64,000 nt of DNA from Callorhinchus milii. Its lineage: Eukaryota. The position numbers were made by a program, and so were the translations under genes. Positions 13,659 through 25,780 of this stretch are shown here, piece after piece. Under the pieces are notes generated by a model. That model was not told where the DNA came from. It saw only the letters and a list, made by a program, of their open reading frames with translations, and ran no database searches. Position 1 is the first letter of the stretch; every line of letters starts with the position of its first letter. The stretch spans positions 23,624,001 through 23,688,000 of the forward strand of contig NW_024704742.1 in NCBI RefSeq assembly GCF_018977255.1, written 5' to 3'.

Positions 13659-14289
13659 CTGGAAGAACATGACAGAATTGAAAATAGTTGATCAATTAAT
13701 GAATACATGGTTATATAAAAGATTAACTCTGAAATGTGGTGTGAAGTAGCAACAACATTAAATAAATCAATTAGGAAACTGAGTTCAAAGCGTGCTCATC
13801 CAACACATTTTCTTCAATGACCAGGTAAATGTTATTGATATTTATTGTGTTGGGGTTGAGAAAAATAAGCAAGACACCAAAAAAGGAAATGAATGCTCCA
13901 CTCTTGAGCAATCATGTTTTGTAATTCATAGAATGTACAGCATCTTCTTGATCATAAAATGATGCAAAATAGATTATTCCTTTACAATATTAATTAAAAA
14001 AATCTCCTTTTGAAAGTGTCGCTCTAAAACTATCATAGTTCACCAGATTTGCTCAGAAGACCTTCAGCCAAGTGTCGGCAGTTGCCTTGCAGGAGACCGG
14101 GGCAAGGGTTCGGTTTGGGGCCCTTACATTTTACGAGACGATGATACTAAATCTTATCAGTGGATCCATTCGGGACCCTAGAATAGCTCAGAGCCCCATA
14201 CAATTGCATAGGTTGCACAGTCCTAACACCATCCCTTCCCCAGACTACCTGACCTCATCATTCGATAATACCCAGCCTACTGCCCTCCC

Positions 14290-14440
14290 ACCACAGCATC
14301 AAGCTTTTTTTAAAAAAATGAGTCCAGTGTACTGGCCGTAACCACCTTCACTGGTTACCTGTTCCATTCGTTAATTACCCTCTGGGTAAAGAAACAATTC
14401 CTGGCATTTGTCCTGAAATTCCCTTTGCAACTCTAGTCAT
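14290..14440 (-). mobile_element. CR1 LINE 3' fragment
   Basis: Minus strand reads FRTNARNCFFTQRVINEWN, the CR1 ORF2 C-terminal motif. Confidence 0.7.
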
Positions 14441-16299
14441 ATGAACTATTCATCAACTGTGCCATTCTTAATATACAAGAGAAGGGAATTGACTATTAAA
14501 ATGATTTTTCACTGCTGCTATGCTTCAGGTCAGTCTAGTCTAGGCCCATTCAATGAATCAGTTAGATTGAAAACTGGCCTGTGGCACCAGTTCTCAGTTA
14601 AAAACAGAGAGTTGCTTCTGCCTCCAAAATGGGCAATGTAAACCAGGAGGAAGAAGAAAATAGGTAAGTAAAGAACATTTAAAGTCACCTTAACACAGAA
14701 AAAGACAAGATTAGATAAGAAAAGGAATAAAACAGTGAGGAAAAAGAGGAAATGCAAGCAAACTTGTTTACCAAGTTATTTACTGAAAATAGATTTTAGT
14801 GCATAAAAGCATAGGTTTCATTCTACAATAACAATTCACACTTCAGAAATATTACAATTGCATTATTGTTATATTAATTTTCCAGATGTGAAAAGTATAA
14901 ATTGTATTGTATTTGCCTTATTAGGGCGTGCAAACTTAGATTTCTCTGAATTTACCAGCAATCTAAGGGTTACAAAATTGGTATAAATTATCATTGCAGA
15001 AAAGTATTATTCCTTCCTCAGTCCAATAATTTCAAAATGCAACTGCTGGAAAAGAAAATAACCATAACCAACTTTCAACTCCTAACAGACTGATATCATG
15101 GAGTCGCATTGTTGAGAGCTAAAGATTCAGATTCACGTCTCCACAAATAGTTACTACAATTTACATAAATTCTGTGAAACATTGAGACATTTCAATGATG
15201 TGATAAAGTGCTTATCAAATGTAAGGACTAGTATTTTCTCTCACCCCAAACTTGTCAGAAGTTATTTATAATGAATACATTTTTAGTTTATTACTAAAAG
15301 GACAGATTAGCAATTGCCTTGCTTTTGCTGGAAGAAGGGTCGGAGACGAAGATGGAAAATAGTGTAAAGCCATTTGAACTTAATTACTTTTATCATGATG
15401 ACACCAAAAGAAAAAAACCTCAAACATCAATATCATGGTTCAATGGCAGTGATTATTCTCATCACAAATGCAGACACCTTGTAGCTTTCAGTCTAAGCTC
15501 TTCTAATTACTAATCGGACAGGTCCATCAAGATGTAAATGTCAGTCTTCATTTTGAATACTAATCAAACTAACAGTTTTCCAAACCATAATTACTCTTGA
15601 ATGCAAGTACACTAAATATCATCAGATTTAGTGTGCAAGGTAGATTGCAGATCCCATTGGGGTTCAATTAAACAAGAAAACTAATTTTCAACTTACAATG
15701 ATTTCACAAGGAAAAACATTACATTACAAATCAACTTGTTAAAATAACTTGGCACTACTCAAACAAAACTTTTTTAAAAAAAAACTAGTGTAATGAATCA
15801 CAGTTTAAAAGATATTAGTTCCATCCAGCAATTCCTCACACAGCTGAAGCCCAACATCAAAGGAGAGATATGGGACAAAGAAAAAGCGATTGTTCTTATT
15901 TTCCTCCTAGGGCCACGCACGAGAGCAGCATTGCCATAGAGCTAGAAAACTGACGTTCAAATGTCAATCTTTGGGAGAGGGCAACAAAGAAAAGAGCTCT
16001 CAAAATACTACTGAACAAAGATTTGCATTAAATATTGCCTAAAAATGCACCCAAGGGTACCTAATTTGCACACAATCTCTAGCACAATCACAGGTCAACT
16101 ATTACAATTGACAAGGAAACAAGGAAGAAGGAAGTTAGAAGGAAACAAGGGCAACAAAAAAATGAAACATTTCAAATGAAGAATACTACTCTGACAAATG
16201 TTTGATGTTAAACATCAAAATTCAAAATGCTAATTTTCAATAAGACGAAGCAACATTTAAATGGGTTTATCGAACATAAGTAATATTTAAATATTTTAC

Positions 16300-16397
16300 C
16301 GCATTCCATTCCGCTGATCAAAAGCAGGAATCATGGATCCTGGGTGCTCAGCCATCAGAGCTACAAGCAGCTGTAGAACATCCATGAGATTGTCGTC
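16300..16397 (-). CDS. LRBA: LRBA coding exon (98 nt)
   Basis: Encodes [32 protein letters not shown](R). Acceptor tttcag, donor gtaaaa. Confidence 0.97.
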
Positions 16398-17915
16398 CTG
16401 AAACAAATATTTTTCGTTAAACATTACCAGAATTAACAGAACAAAATCCACAAATTAAGTTAACCAGAGATTTTGTCTTTTGAAAATTTTAATACCAGTG
16501 TTCCCAAAATAATAAGTTGAAGTTTTACAAGCTAATTTCACTCATGAAATTAAATATTACAATAAACATTTTTTTCCAAAGAGAATATTTCCCAAATAAC
16601 TATTTAAAACCTCTTTTCTGGTTATGGGAGAGGATATTGACCACATTTTATGATCAATACTCATCTTTGCAATTTAAATGTTCTCCAAAAAAGATTTGAA
16701 TGCCTGAGGCTTAGGTAAAAAGTTAGCAAAATAAATAGAAGAGCACGAGTTGGTACTAAACTCAGCTGGTACTAAATTGATGAAGTCAGTTGCCCACTGC
16801 ATTCAACTAAACAGGAAAACTAACACTTAAGACTAAATCAAAATATTCACCGCTTTTACAAATTATTTAAATACATGAAAACATTTCAAATTACAAATCC
16901 CTCACTTATTTGGGTAAGAAAAATGTAAGCTAAAATTCTGATAAATTCACTGAACAACTGGTCATGTGTTATGTGTGTATTCACTGACATGCCAAGTACA
17001 ATAAGATAGCCAAATATTAAGTAGCAGCTGCTATTTAATTTGTCTTCAATTTTGCTGACAAAGAAAAAAAACATTGATATTAGTAATTTGAAATCAATTA
17101 TAAATTACACGATAGAATATCAGACCAACACTGAAGCTCAATTTTGCACTGGCTCATCAAGGCTTTACTTCACTGGATTCCCCCCAATTCCATCCTATAA
17201 TATTCCCACGTGTTGAAGTGAATATGAATTCATACAATTACGCAAAACTGCCTTAAATTTTCCTGCTCCTTACATACATCTTTGCCAATATATATCACGC
17301 GTAAGGGGCAATTGGCAAGCAATCTGTTCCCAGGCAATGATGATCAAGCCATCTAACACGAAGTACTGACCATCCCTATCCTCCATCGACTGCTTCCAAT
17401 TTGCACTCCATTTCTACTGTCTCCTCTCCCTTGTCTCCCCTCTTCTGATAATTTGGTTCAATTAAGGAACTCGTTACATCAGGATTCACACAGGTAAATC
17501 TACATTCAACCACTCTAAGGCAGACTGCACAATGTGTGCCACCATTTGCCTATACTCGTTTTTAACAGCAGAGCATGGAATTTGTATTCAACAGCCTGAA
17601 ATGGCAGTTTACCTTCATCAGAAAGATTGAGAGCTCTAATCACTGATTTGTGCTTCATACTCAACTTATGATAATCATCACTTGGAACTAAACAAAATAC
17701 CAGAAAAATCTCTCAATATTCCTCATGATTACTAGCACATTACTGTATATTCAGTTCCGTGCATCAATTGTGTGAAAAACTAGTTCTTCTATACAAGTGA
17801 TAAATCCTATAAAACAATTATTGGAATAAATGATCATTCCAGGCAATTCAGAACAAAATCCTGCACTCTCACATTAAAAATCTGTATGAAGCAGCCTTTC
17901 TGTTGCTGTCTTTAC

Positions 17916-17954
17916 CTGTTCTTCTCTTCTAACTCCCTGACTGGTACTATTGCT
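17916..17954 (-). CDS. Candidate 39-nt in-frame cassette microexon of LRBA (SNSTSQGVRREEQ)
   Basis: CTAAT branch point about 37 nt upstream, an AG-free pyrimidine tract, a cacag acceptor and a CAG|gtaaag donor. Phase 0-0 in a phase-0 intron, with no stop codon. No homology evidence. Confidence 0.3.
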
Positions 17955-18318
17955 CTGTGATGGCAAGAATGAGGAAAATTGCAGTAAAGAATTAGTGGGG
18001 AAAAAAGCAGAACTCCTTCACAAATACTGAAGACTGACAAGATCCCCAGCTGTTAAAAAGCAAGAAAAAGAATATAAGAAGGCGTTGTTGTGCTAGATGG
18101 CAAGATATTTGTTGTTTTTGCGCAGCCTTAATTCTTCAAAGGAATGCTACACTAGAATTATTAAATATTAAAATCATCAATTGTTGTTCACAAACCACAA
18201 GCGATTGTCCAAAATAATTTCACTGCCTATTTCAAATCTGAAACCTGTTCTTGACCTCAGTTAAACTGAACACCTACTTTAAGGAGTGTTTACTACCATA
18301 CTTATAATTCTAGCTAGA

Positions 18319-18335
18319 CTGCCATCTGGTGGCAG
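18319..18335 (-). promoter_or_regulatory. Candidate CTCF binding site
   Basis: The minus strand reads CTGCCACCAGATGGCAG, which fits the CTCF core CCASYAGRKGGCRS. It sits in non-repeat intron sequence. Motif evidence only. Confidence 0.45.
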
Positions 18336-18705
18336 AACCTCATTTCCTTTTTCTAAAACCACAAATCTCCTACATCTACCAGTTAGTCAGTTTATGGTTA
18401 TTTATATCACATGATCATGAGTTTCAGTACTTTCCATCTGCTCTCACTCCCTCATACATTTGTCACCAATACTTTGAATGTTTTTCTTCATTTTAGTACC
18501 AAAAAGTAAGATACAAAGTATTCATCATATTAGATATTCTATATGTTTTCTGATTCCTCTGGCCTATGCATCATTTCTGCTCCCTAAAATATATTTAAAA
18601 ACTAGAAACTTACTGTGAAACAGATGAGTACTATGGAACACAAAATCAGTATGCAGTAGATTTAATAAAATTAAGTAATTTAAAGTGCAATTCATGCTAG
18701 CTTAC

Positions 18706-18768
18706 CTCGTGCATAGTGAGAAGATAGTTGAGAATACTCTGCAGTTCATCTTCCTTAATGCCATGATC
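18706..18768 (-). CDS. LRBA: LRBA coding exon (63 nt)
   Basis: Encodes DHGIKEDELQSILNYLLTMHE. Acceptor ttgtag, donor gtaagc. Confidence 0.96.
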
Positions 18769-19106
18769 CTACAAAGCAAAAATAGTTGATGATTTATAAA
18801 ATATTAACTGCATAAGAAGTTAATTTTCTTTTGAGCACATCCCAGTTGCTCAATCATGGGATAGGTGCCAAAATAGATGAAGTATGAGATGTAACTGGCT
18901 ACAGGGAATGTTTCAATAGTGCCACAGTTCTGGAACTGATCTTATAAGGATCACAGGTACTGATTGTTTTCTAACTGGTATTTCAGGCTGCAAACTCCAC
19001 CTACTATAGCTCAGCAACATTTTAACTTGGGACAATTATGTACTCCTAAAAAAATCTGTCAACATTAACGGATGATGTTATTTATTTTCCATATTTTGGT
19101 TCTCAC

Positions 19107-19186
19107 CTTCATTATCAATTGTTTCACAAAAAGTAGCAAGAAAGCTCGCAGGGAGAGAATCTCCTTCTGGTTAGGTCTGGGGCCAT
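19107..19186 (-). CDS. LRBA: LRBA coding exon (80 nt)
   Basis: Encodes (D)[26 protein letters not shown]. Acceptor ctccag, donor gtgaga. Confidence 0.96.
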
Positions 19187-19518
19187 CTGGAGAGGGGGAG
19201 AAAAGTTACAACTCTGCATAAACAATTTTAAGAAATTGATTAATCAACACCTTACGTGGCATAGAAAGAGATTCAAGCAAATTTTAGTTTTAAAACTCCA
19301 TCAATGACTCAATGAACAGTGCACCACGTAATGTGGTTCCAAGCAACAGAGACAAAGCATCAGGTTTAGTCCTTTCCTCTACTGAATTTGCTTTCCTCAG
19401 TCAAATAGTCAGAGAATGCAAATATTATAATACTATCAAAAGGTGTTAAAAATAGTGCAATATATAACTGCCACAATAAACTATTTTAATTTAATGAACC
19501 AGTCTAGCTTTTCTTTAC

Positions 19519-19687
19519 CGAGGCCTTTGGGAACCACTCCACTACGATCCTGTGGATTTACTACCCAGTAAAAGTACTTTAAGGTGTGCATTATCTGAAG
19601 TACAGTACCAACTCTCCGAACTGCATTGTAAATGGTAGCTGTACTGATGAACTCAGTAGACAGGTACGTGTAAAGTTGTAGCTGGAC
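19519..19687 (-). CDS. LRBA: LRBA coding exon (169 nt)
   Basis: Encodes [56 protein letters not shown](D). Acceptor cttaag, donor gtaaag. Confidence 0.97.
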
Positions 19688-19830
19688 CTTAAGTTGAAAA
19701 AAGAAACAATTAGATTTAAAATTATGAATCCACAAGTGAATTTTTGACAAGAATAACAAACAAACAGAGCACAGAAAAGATTCCAAGGCCTTTCAGTCCA
19801 ACCTATACCTTTCAAACGGGCAAAATCTAT

Positions 19831-20195
19831 AATAATAATCCTTGCATTTGATATAGTGCCTTATCACTTCTTCAAAAACTCTCAAAGTGCTTCACAGAAT
19901 ATACTGCAAAGTATATTTTGTGAGCAAAACGTGGCAGCCAATTGCACACAGCAATGTCCCACAAACAGTCGTGGATTGAATGACCAAATTATTATTATAT
20001 TTATTATTTTTTTAGGGATTATTACCCCCAGAAAAGTGATTCATCAATCGGCAAATAACCGGATTTGTATTTACTGCTAGGTGAACAGAGTTGTGTGGAG
20101 TATGGAAACTTGCCCAATGTTTCACCCTGCTGAGGAATCGAATCGAGGTCCTCTCGCTTGCGAGGCAACTGCTCTAATGAAAGGTACAGGACTCC
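19831..20195 (-). mobile_element. Full-length tRNA-derived SINE with L2-type tail
   Basis: tRNA-like head (A box; B box TTCGATTCC), shared body (GGGCAAGTTTCC...CAATTGGCTGCC), hairpin tail and (ATT)n. Confidence 0.88.
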
Positions 20196-20639
20196 ACAAA
20201 GCTATCCAACCATCCAGGTCACTACACCCACCAGCTCTTGGGGAAGATATTTCTGGTGGATATTTCCAGTTTCCAAAGTTAACCAAGCAAAAACTCAAGA
20301 ATATGCATGCATAGTCATATGTTCACTGTTCAAACATGACTTCACTGATTCCAAACAAAGGACTCCTTCTACCCCTGCCTCTTAAAATCATTGGAGTATA
20401 TTACTTTTTTTCTGCTCCTTCCTTATTCTTATTCCTGCATGCTCATATCTGCAACTGTATTTTTAAACAGTTTGCAAATTTTTGATTTAAAAAAATCACA
20501 TTATTGATAACTTGTATTTATTTAGTGTCTTTCACAAAATAAATGTCAAACATCCCATTCTACTTTATAAAATATAAATTAGAAATGACGCAGCCAGCAA
20601 TCTGGGTCATCAACATCCCTGATAATGAGATGATTAACC

Positions 20640-21080
20640 AATTAATTGGGTGCCCAAAACCAGACAGTACTTCAAATGAGGTCTGATCAACACTCTGTAT
20701 AATAAGTACGTCATTGAGACGTCTCAAAGCGCTTCACAGAATATATTGTAAAGTGGATTGACTGTGTATTTTGTTGGCGAAATGCGGCAGCCAATTGCAC
20801 ACAGCAATGTCCCACAGTTATGGATTGAGTGATCATTTTTTTAAAAAAAACTGGAGAACTAAATAACTATAACTATAGAAACACCTTCTGACTTCTATAT
20901 TGCAGGCATCTTGAAACAAAGGCCAGCATCCAATCCCATTTGCCTTATGCACTTTTTTCTGCACCTGCAAACTAGATTTTAATGATTTGTGAACCCCTAA
21001 ATCTCTCTGCTCATCTACCCCTCCTTGTAATTCCCCATTTAGAACATACTCCCCACTGCGATTCTTCCTCATACTTTGCA
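20640..21080 (-). mobile_element. CR1 LINE fragment interrupted by a SINE fragment (20705-20833)
   Basis: Encodes YVLNGELQGGVDEQRDLGVHKSLK...KAN and LIRPHLKYCL-like CR1 ORF2 pieces on either side of a SINE 3' half. Confidence 0.75.
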
Positions 21081-21378
21081 CTTTTGTTCACATAAAAGTC
21101 GAATTGAATCTTTATCAGTAGGCACAAAGTGAACTTTAAGAAACTGAGTCATTTTGCTTGATAAACAATGTTATGTTTAACACATCTATTTTACTAGGCC
21201 TATGCATTGATTTACTAATGTATGTGAATATAATTAAGCTAATTCACTTCACAAATGCACCAATATTTGCCCACAACAATATTAATATCAAAATAAGCAA
21301 TTTTAAATTAGAAAATCTACAAATTTAAGATTGCCATAACAAGCACATTTTAATATATTCCAAAGGCAGAGGGTTTAC

Positions 21379-21531
21379 CTTGGCTGGAGCATGGATCCAA
21401 ATAGCAGGATTCAAAAGAATATGGTCACACAGCTGTTTAAGCAGACAGCCTCCATTTTGCAAATTGCTCAGATATTTAGCAAAAGCCAAGCACAGGTCTA
21501 ACACGGCTCTGGTGATGTGAATTTTGGAAGA
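21379..21531 (-). CDS. LRBA: LRBA coding exon (153 nt)
   Basis: Encodes SSKIHITRAVLDLCLAFAKYLSNLQNGGCLLKQLCDHILLNPAIWIHAPAK. Acceptor ttgtag, donor gtaaac. Confidence 0.97.
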
Positions 21532-22695
21532 CTACAAAGAAAAAAGAAAAAGCATTTTCTTGAATCCATTTTGTTACAATTCCAATTTACTACAGCATCA
21601 ATGGTAATATGAGGAGAGGCAATGTCAATGCTTAAGCTTAGTAATGTTACACTTCCACTGGATTGTATTTACCCTAGGGAATAACCAATTCTCTGAAATT
21701 TATTACATTGCACGGGAAGCAATAATTACAAGAATTGAGAAACTGTTTTGGAATGATGTGCTAGAAGGAATGAACCACAAAGGTCCGTGCTTGAATTTAC
21801 AACTGTAAATTATTGAAATACCTCTGTACATTTTAAACATGTATGCAAAAATCAACATGCATTTATATAGCAACCCCCACACAGGGTAGCGTCTCAGAGC
21901 ATGACATTACTAGGCAGTTCACTATACAGTAAACACAGGTTGAAAAGGCATCACAATTTAAACTTATATTGACAAGTTTTTGTGGCAGTGGTCTGTTGAA
22001 ATATTGTATGTCCATATTGTTAGAAAAACAACAATAGACAGGTTTTACGTAGATATCCGTTGAAAATTAAATGCATCCCTTTTGAAGAGATCTGGGACTT
22101 AAATTGATAAGAGAAAATGGAATGAAGTGGCTGAAACGGATCCTAAGTTTAATGAGTAGCAAAGCAGCAGAAGTACAGAAGCTATAGTGCCGTATTATCC
22201 ATCTGTATGGAAGATTTCATCAGTTTTCAAAAAGACCACTAGATGGGGTATCTTGCCTATGTGAAAATCAGTAGGACTGGATTATGGCCCATTCAGCCAA
22301 CAGTACACAAACTGAGCATTTATAAAAGTTAACCATTTTAAATGTATAGATTGTTTCAACGAAAAAATGTATTGTTCTAAATAGCTTAAATTTGCTTCCT
22401 TTAATGTTGGATCAAAGTAGAATAAAACACTTCCTAATACGAGTTTATAAGGTTCTTCCAATCAAATCAATTAGTAGAAATTGGGCAGAATTCCAACTCC
22501 AATCATTACCCTTTTATTATTTAACTTTTTGGTCAATTTAAAAATAGACAGCCATAAAGACCATATGGTTTCTTGGGACCTGTGCAGAGCACATGTTAAG
22601 TTACACATTGTACAGTGTTTGCAGATGCATACATTGAAAGTGTAAAATAGCTCTGGAAATTCTTTGCATGAAAAATAGCAGTACTGTAACGTTAC

Positions 22696-22804
22696 CTTTT
22701 CAAGGCTATATCCAATCACCAGAAAGCCCTTGCAGGAGAGGATCTGTTCCTGCATCGCCACAGAGTTCTTCAGTAATTCCATTATAAATGATAAAAGAGT
22801 GGAA
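22696..22804 (-). CDS. LRBA: LRBA coding exon (109 nt)
   Basis: Encodes STLLSFIMELLKNSVAMQEQILSCKGFLVIGYSLEK. Acceptor atttag, donor gtaacg. Confidence 0.97.
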
Positions 22805-23408
22805 CTAAATAATGAAAAATTAGGTTAAAAATCAAACAGTTGTACAAGTATGACAGAATTGAAAATATAAATAACATTTTACTTTATTATATTTGATGAC
22901 ACAATTCAATCTGGCCAAATTGAACATTTAAGTAACAGTTGAATGTTTAGAAACGGTTCTGCTTCCCAGCGCCTTGGGACGTCCTCCCAACATGAAAGGC
23001 GCAAATGTAATCTTGTTGTTGCTTTCAGTTAACATTTAGGGGCATTTGTGACTAAAAGGTAGATTGCTAAAATATTTCATAGTAGATGTAGCACATTTCA
23101 CTTAATTTTAGTTAATTTTCCAAACAGAATCTCTCCAGAACAATCTATATCCAACTATAAATATTTCCCAATTTCAACTATTTTTAAAACACAAATATAT
23201 ATGTAGTCTTGTCTGATTCTCTACCCTCACCAGTAACTTTCCAAATCATACTGCTCCCTTTGTAAAAAAAATAATTAGTTTCTTATTACATTAATTTTGC
23301 GCAGCTCCAACTAATTAAAATGCCTTAACGCAACTAGCAATTTCACTTTGGATTGCTTGAATAGATAATCAGCCAGAGCAGACTGTGATAGATCTCGTAT
23401 CCTCTTAC

Positions 23409-23542
23409 CAGATTGTGGTATCAATTTGGTCCGAAGAAGGCTGACTGTAGTCAAGTTGTGCAAACAATGGAAAAAGCACCTGGACACCACCAATTGAATG
23501 TATAGCACTTTGTATGGAATGTGTGACAACGGCTTTCACATC
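23409..23542 (-). CDS. LRBA: LRBA coding exon (134 nt)
   Basis: Encodes [44 protein letters not shown](C). Acceptor atgtag (A-rich), donor gtaaga. Confidence 0.96.
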
Positions 23543-24287
23543 CTACATTTTTTTTAAAAAGGTGAAAGGCAAAATTAATGCAAATATATTGCACGCAAAT
23601 GCGCAAGAAAGAACTTGCTTATTCCGTGTCCATATTTTCACATGACTGGAATATTTAAAACAAACTAAAATAATGAAATAATTGGACTTCCTTGCAATGC
23701 AATGACTTGGGTCCATAAATTAAATCACGTTATAATAGGTCGCATTACAAAAATGGTCAGCACTTTGAATCCACAGCAGATACCAAAGCCCAATTGTAGT
23801 TGGATATTTTGAAGTTTTCACATCCTAGCTTAATTTAACAAAACCTTCAAGCAGCACAGAAAAGTTCACTCATCTGATCAGTGGGGTTTCAACAATAAAG
23901 TGGACTGTCATCCACTTCCTGGTTTGGACACATCAATTCAGATTCACGTACTGCACTGTTAATGTAACCAGTAACAAGTATCTGACGTTTTAAACGTTAA
24001 TTTTTAACCAACGAGCCACAGCGTGCATGAGAGACACACACAGAGAGCATGCAAGAGCAACACAGAGAGAGCACAAGAGTGAGAGAGATTGAAAGTGAGA
24101 AGAGCTGGCACCATGTGGTACTACAGTGAGAGTAAAACCCCTGCTATAATAATTTTCATCACTTTAGCCGATTTATAATTTGGGTGATGTCCAATTATCC
24201 TCATCTGTAAAATCCCAATTAGTGTAGATAATCAACTCTACTGTAATTAATTGGGGAGGCAACCAGAGCGGACAACGTGCACAGATT

Positions 24288-24330
24288 ACTTTCTGCTTTG
24301 AATTTGAAAATACTCGAGGAAAAGGCAGAA
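24288..24330 (-). repeat. 43-nt intronic duplicate of the acceptor plus first 27 nt of the 198-nt LRBA exon
   Basis: 40/43 identical to 24853-24895. Confidence 0.9.
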
Positions 24331-24681
24331 AAGACAGTTCATGGAGAAAGCCACCTCCATTGATTCGCCAGACTAAGGATAAAGGACGGGAATATTGTAA
24401 ACTGATCATTAAAGCTACTGTTCTAACATTATCTTTTATAGTTCACTGAAATCCATAACATACTTCAGTATCTATTTTACACACACGTATATTGAATACT
24501 GACACATAATTTAATTTGTAAATGTATTTCTTTGCTTGTTAAACTTTACTAAACTTGGGCTCTGATGCTCTTTGTCCTTTATAGATGTTCGGCATTCAAT
24601 CATTCTTTCCATTAAAAAAGTTATTAGTTGTGCTACAGTTTTACCTGTACAGTGGATCTGCTGACAGAAATTGGCATATAC

Positions 24682-24879
24682 CTGAAGCATGAGAGCATGC
24701 GGTGAATGAACAAAAATAGATGGATTATCCTTAGGAGATGACTCGAGACAGAGTTGAGCATCTGTAGCCTTTGGGTTGTACGTGAATGCAATACTACTGG
24801 ACAGCTTGCCATCATACAGCAGAGATTTGTGGTGTTCAGCAAGGAGCAGGTCACTTTCTGCTTTGAATTTGAAAATACC
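24682..24879 (-). CDS. LRBA: LRBA coding exon (198 nt)
   Basis: Encodes [66 protein letters not shown]. Acceptor tcccag, donor gtatat. Confidence 0.97.
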
Positions 24880-25633
24880 CTGGGAAAAGGCAGAACATTT
24901 TCACTTTTAGTATCCTACCTCTTATGTAAAATTCATGCTTTTTTAACTAAACAGATTAACTCATATGATCCATAGCTAAATGGGACATCTGTTTCTTTAA
25001 TAACTGTTCCACTTGCTAGTTGTTTTGGTATTTAGAATAAAATGCAGGTTAGACTTACACATATGCAACCAAACGCAAATATTTTATATTACAAGTTCTG
25101 AGTTGCTGGGTAACAAAGTGACAAATGTTCACTGACAACTCTGTGATGAACTTTAAATCTTATGGCTGTGTCATACTAAGTCTGATTTGGTTCTTTTAGT
25201 ATGACGGTGCAAGCTGGCTTATTTGAGTACATTGCATTGCTTTTGATCCAATCCCAGTGCAAAGCAAGCAGAGCTCTGTGTACGTGCACCTTAAGTCACG
25301 CACAAAATTTATTAAAACTGCAGTTATAACTACAGCCTCTGCAATGTCAATCAGTGTGAAACAGGTCTCGTATCTCTATTCTGAATTAGGTACAGGCATG
25401 GGCTCCTGAAACTTGTTAGTTCCATTGCACAGTATGCATCAATTACATATGGAAATCACTTCAAATTGACTACATTACAACTGGCCCACTAGTAATAATG
25501 TTAAAGCTTCACTTTGAAACGAAAAGACCTGATTCTGAAATTACTGCCTGTTGATGTAATTCATCTCATGTAATTTTACAGCTTCATTTATTTTTAAATC
25601 AGACATTTTCAGAACATTTCTATACTAGAATAC

Positions 25634-25780
25634 CTTATATCCAGGGCCAAGCTGGTATATTGCAAATATCTGTGCTGCATTTAGAGCTTCAGCAAAGACA
25701 TAAACTGCTCCAAGTTGCCCACAGAACACCCGATTGGCATCTGCAGTTTCTGAAGAGCCCAGGAAACATTTGTCAAACGT
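25634..25780 (-). CDS. LRBA: LRBA coding exon (147 nt)
   Basis: Encodes TFDKCFLGSSETADANRVFCGQLGAVYVFAEALNAAQIFAIYQLGPGYK. Acceptor tttcag, donor gtattc. Confidence 0.97.

Noticed and set aside
24645..24681. Alternative donor CAG|gtaaaa downstream of the 198-nt exon
   Set aside because: The 37-nt extension would shift the frame, and nothing else supports it.
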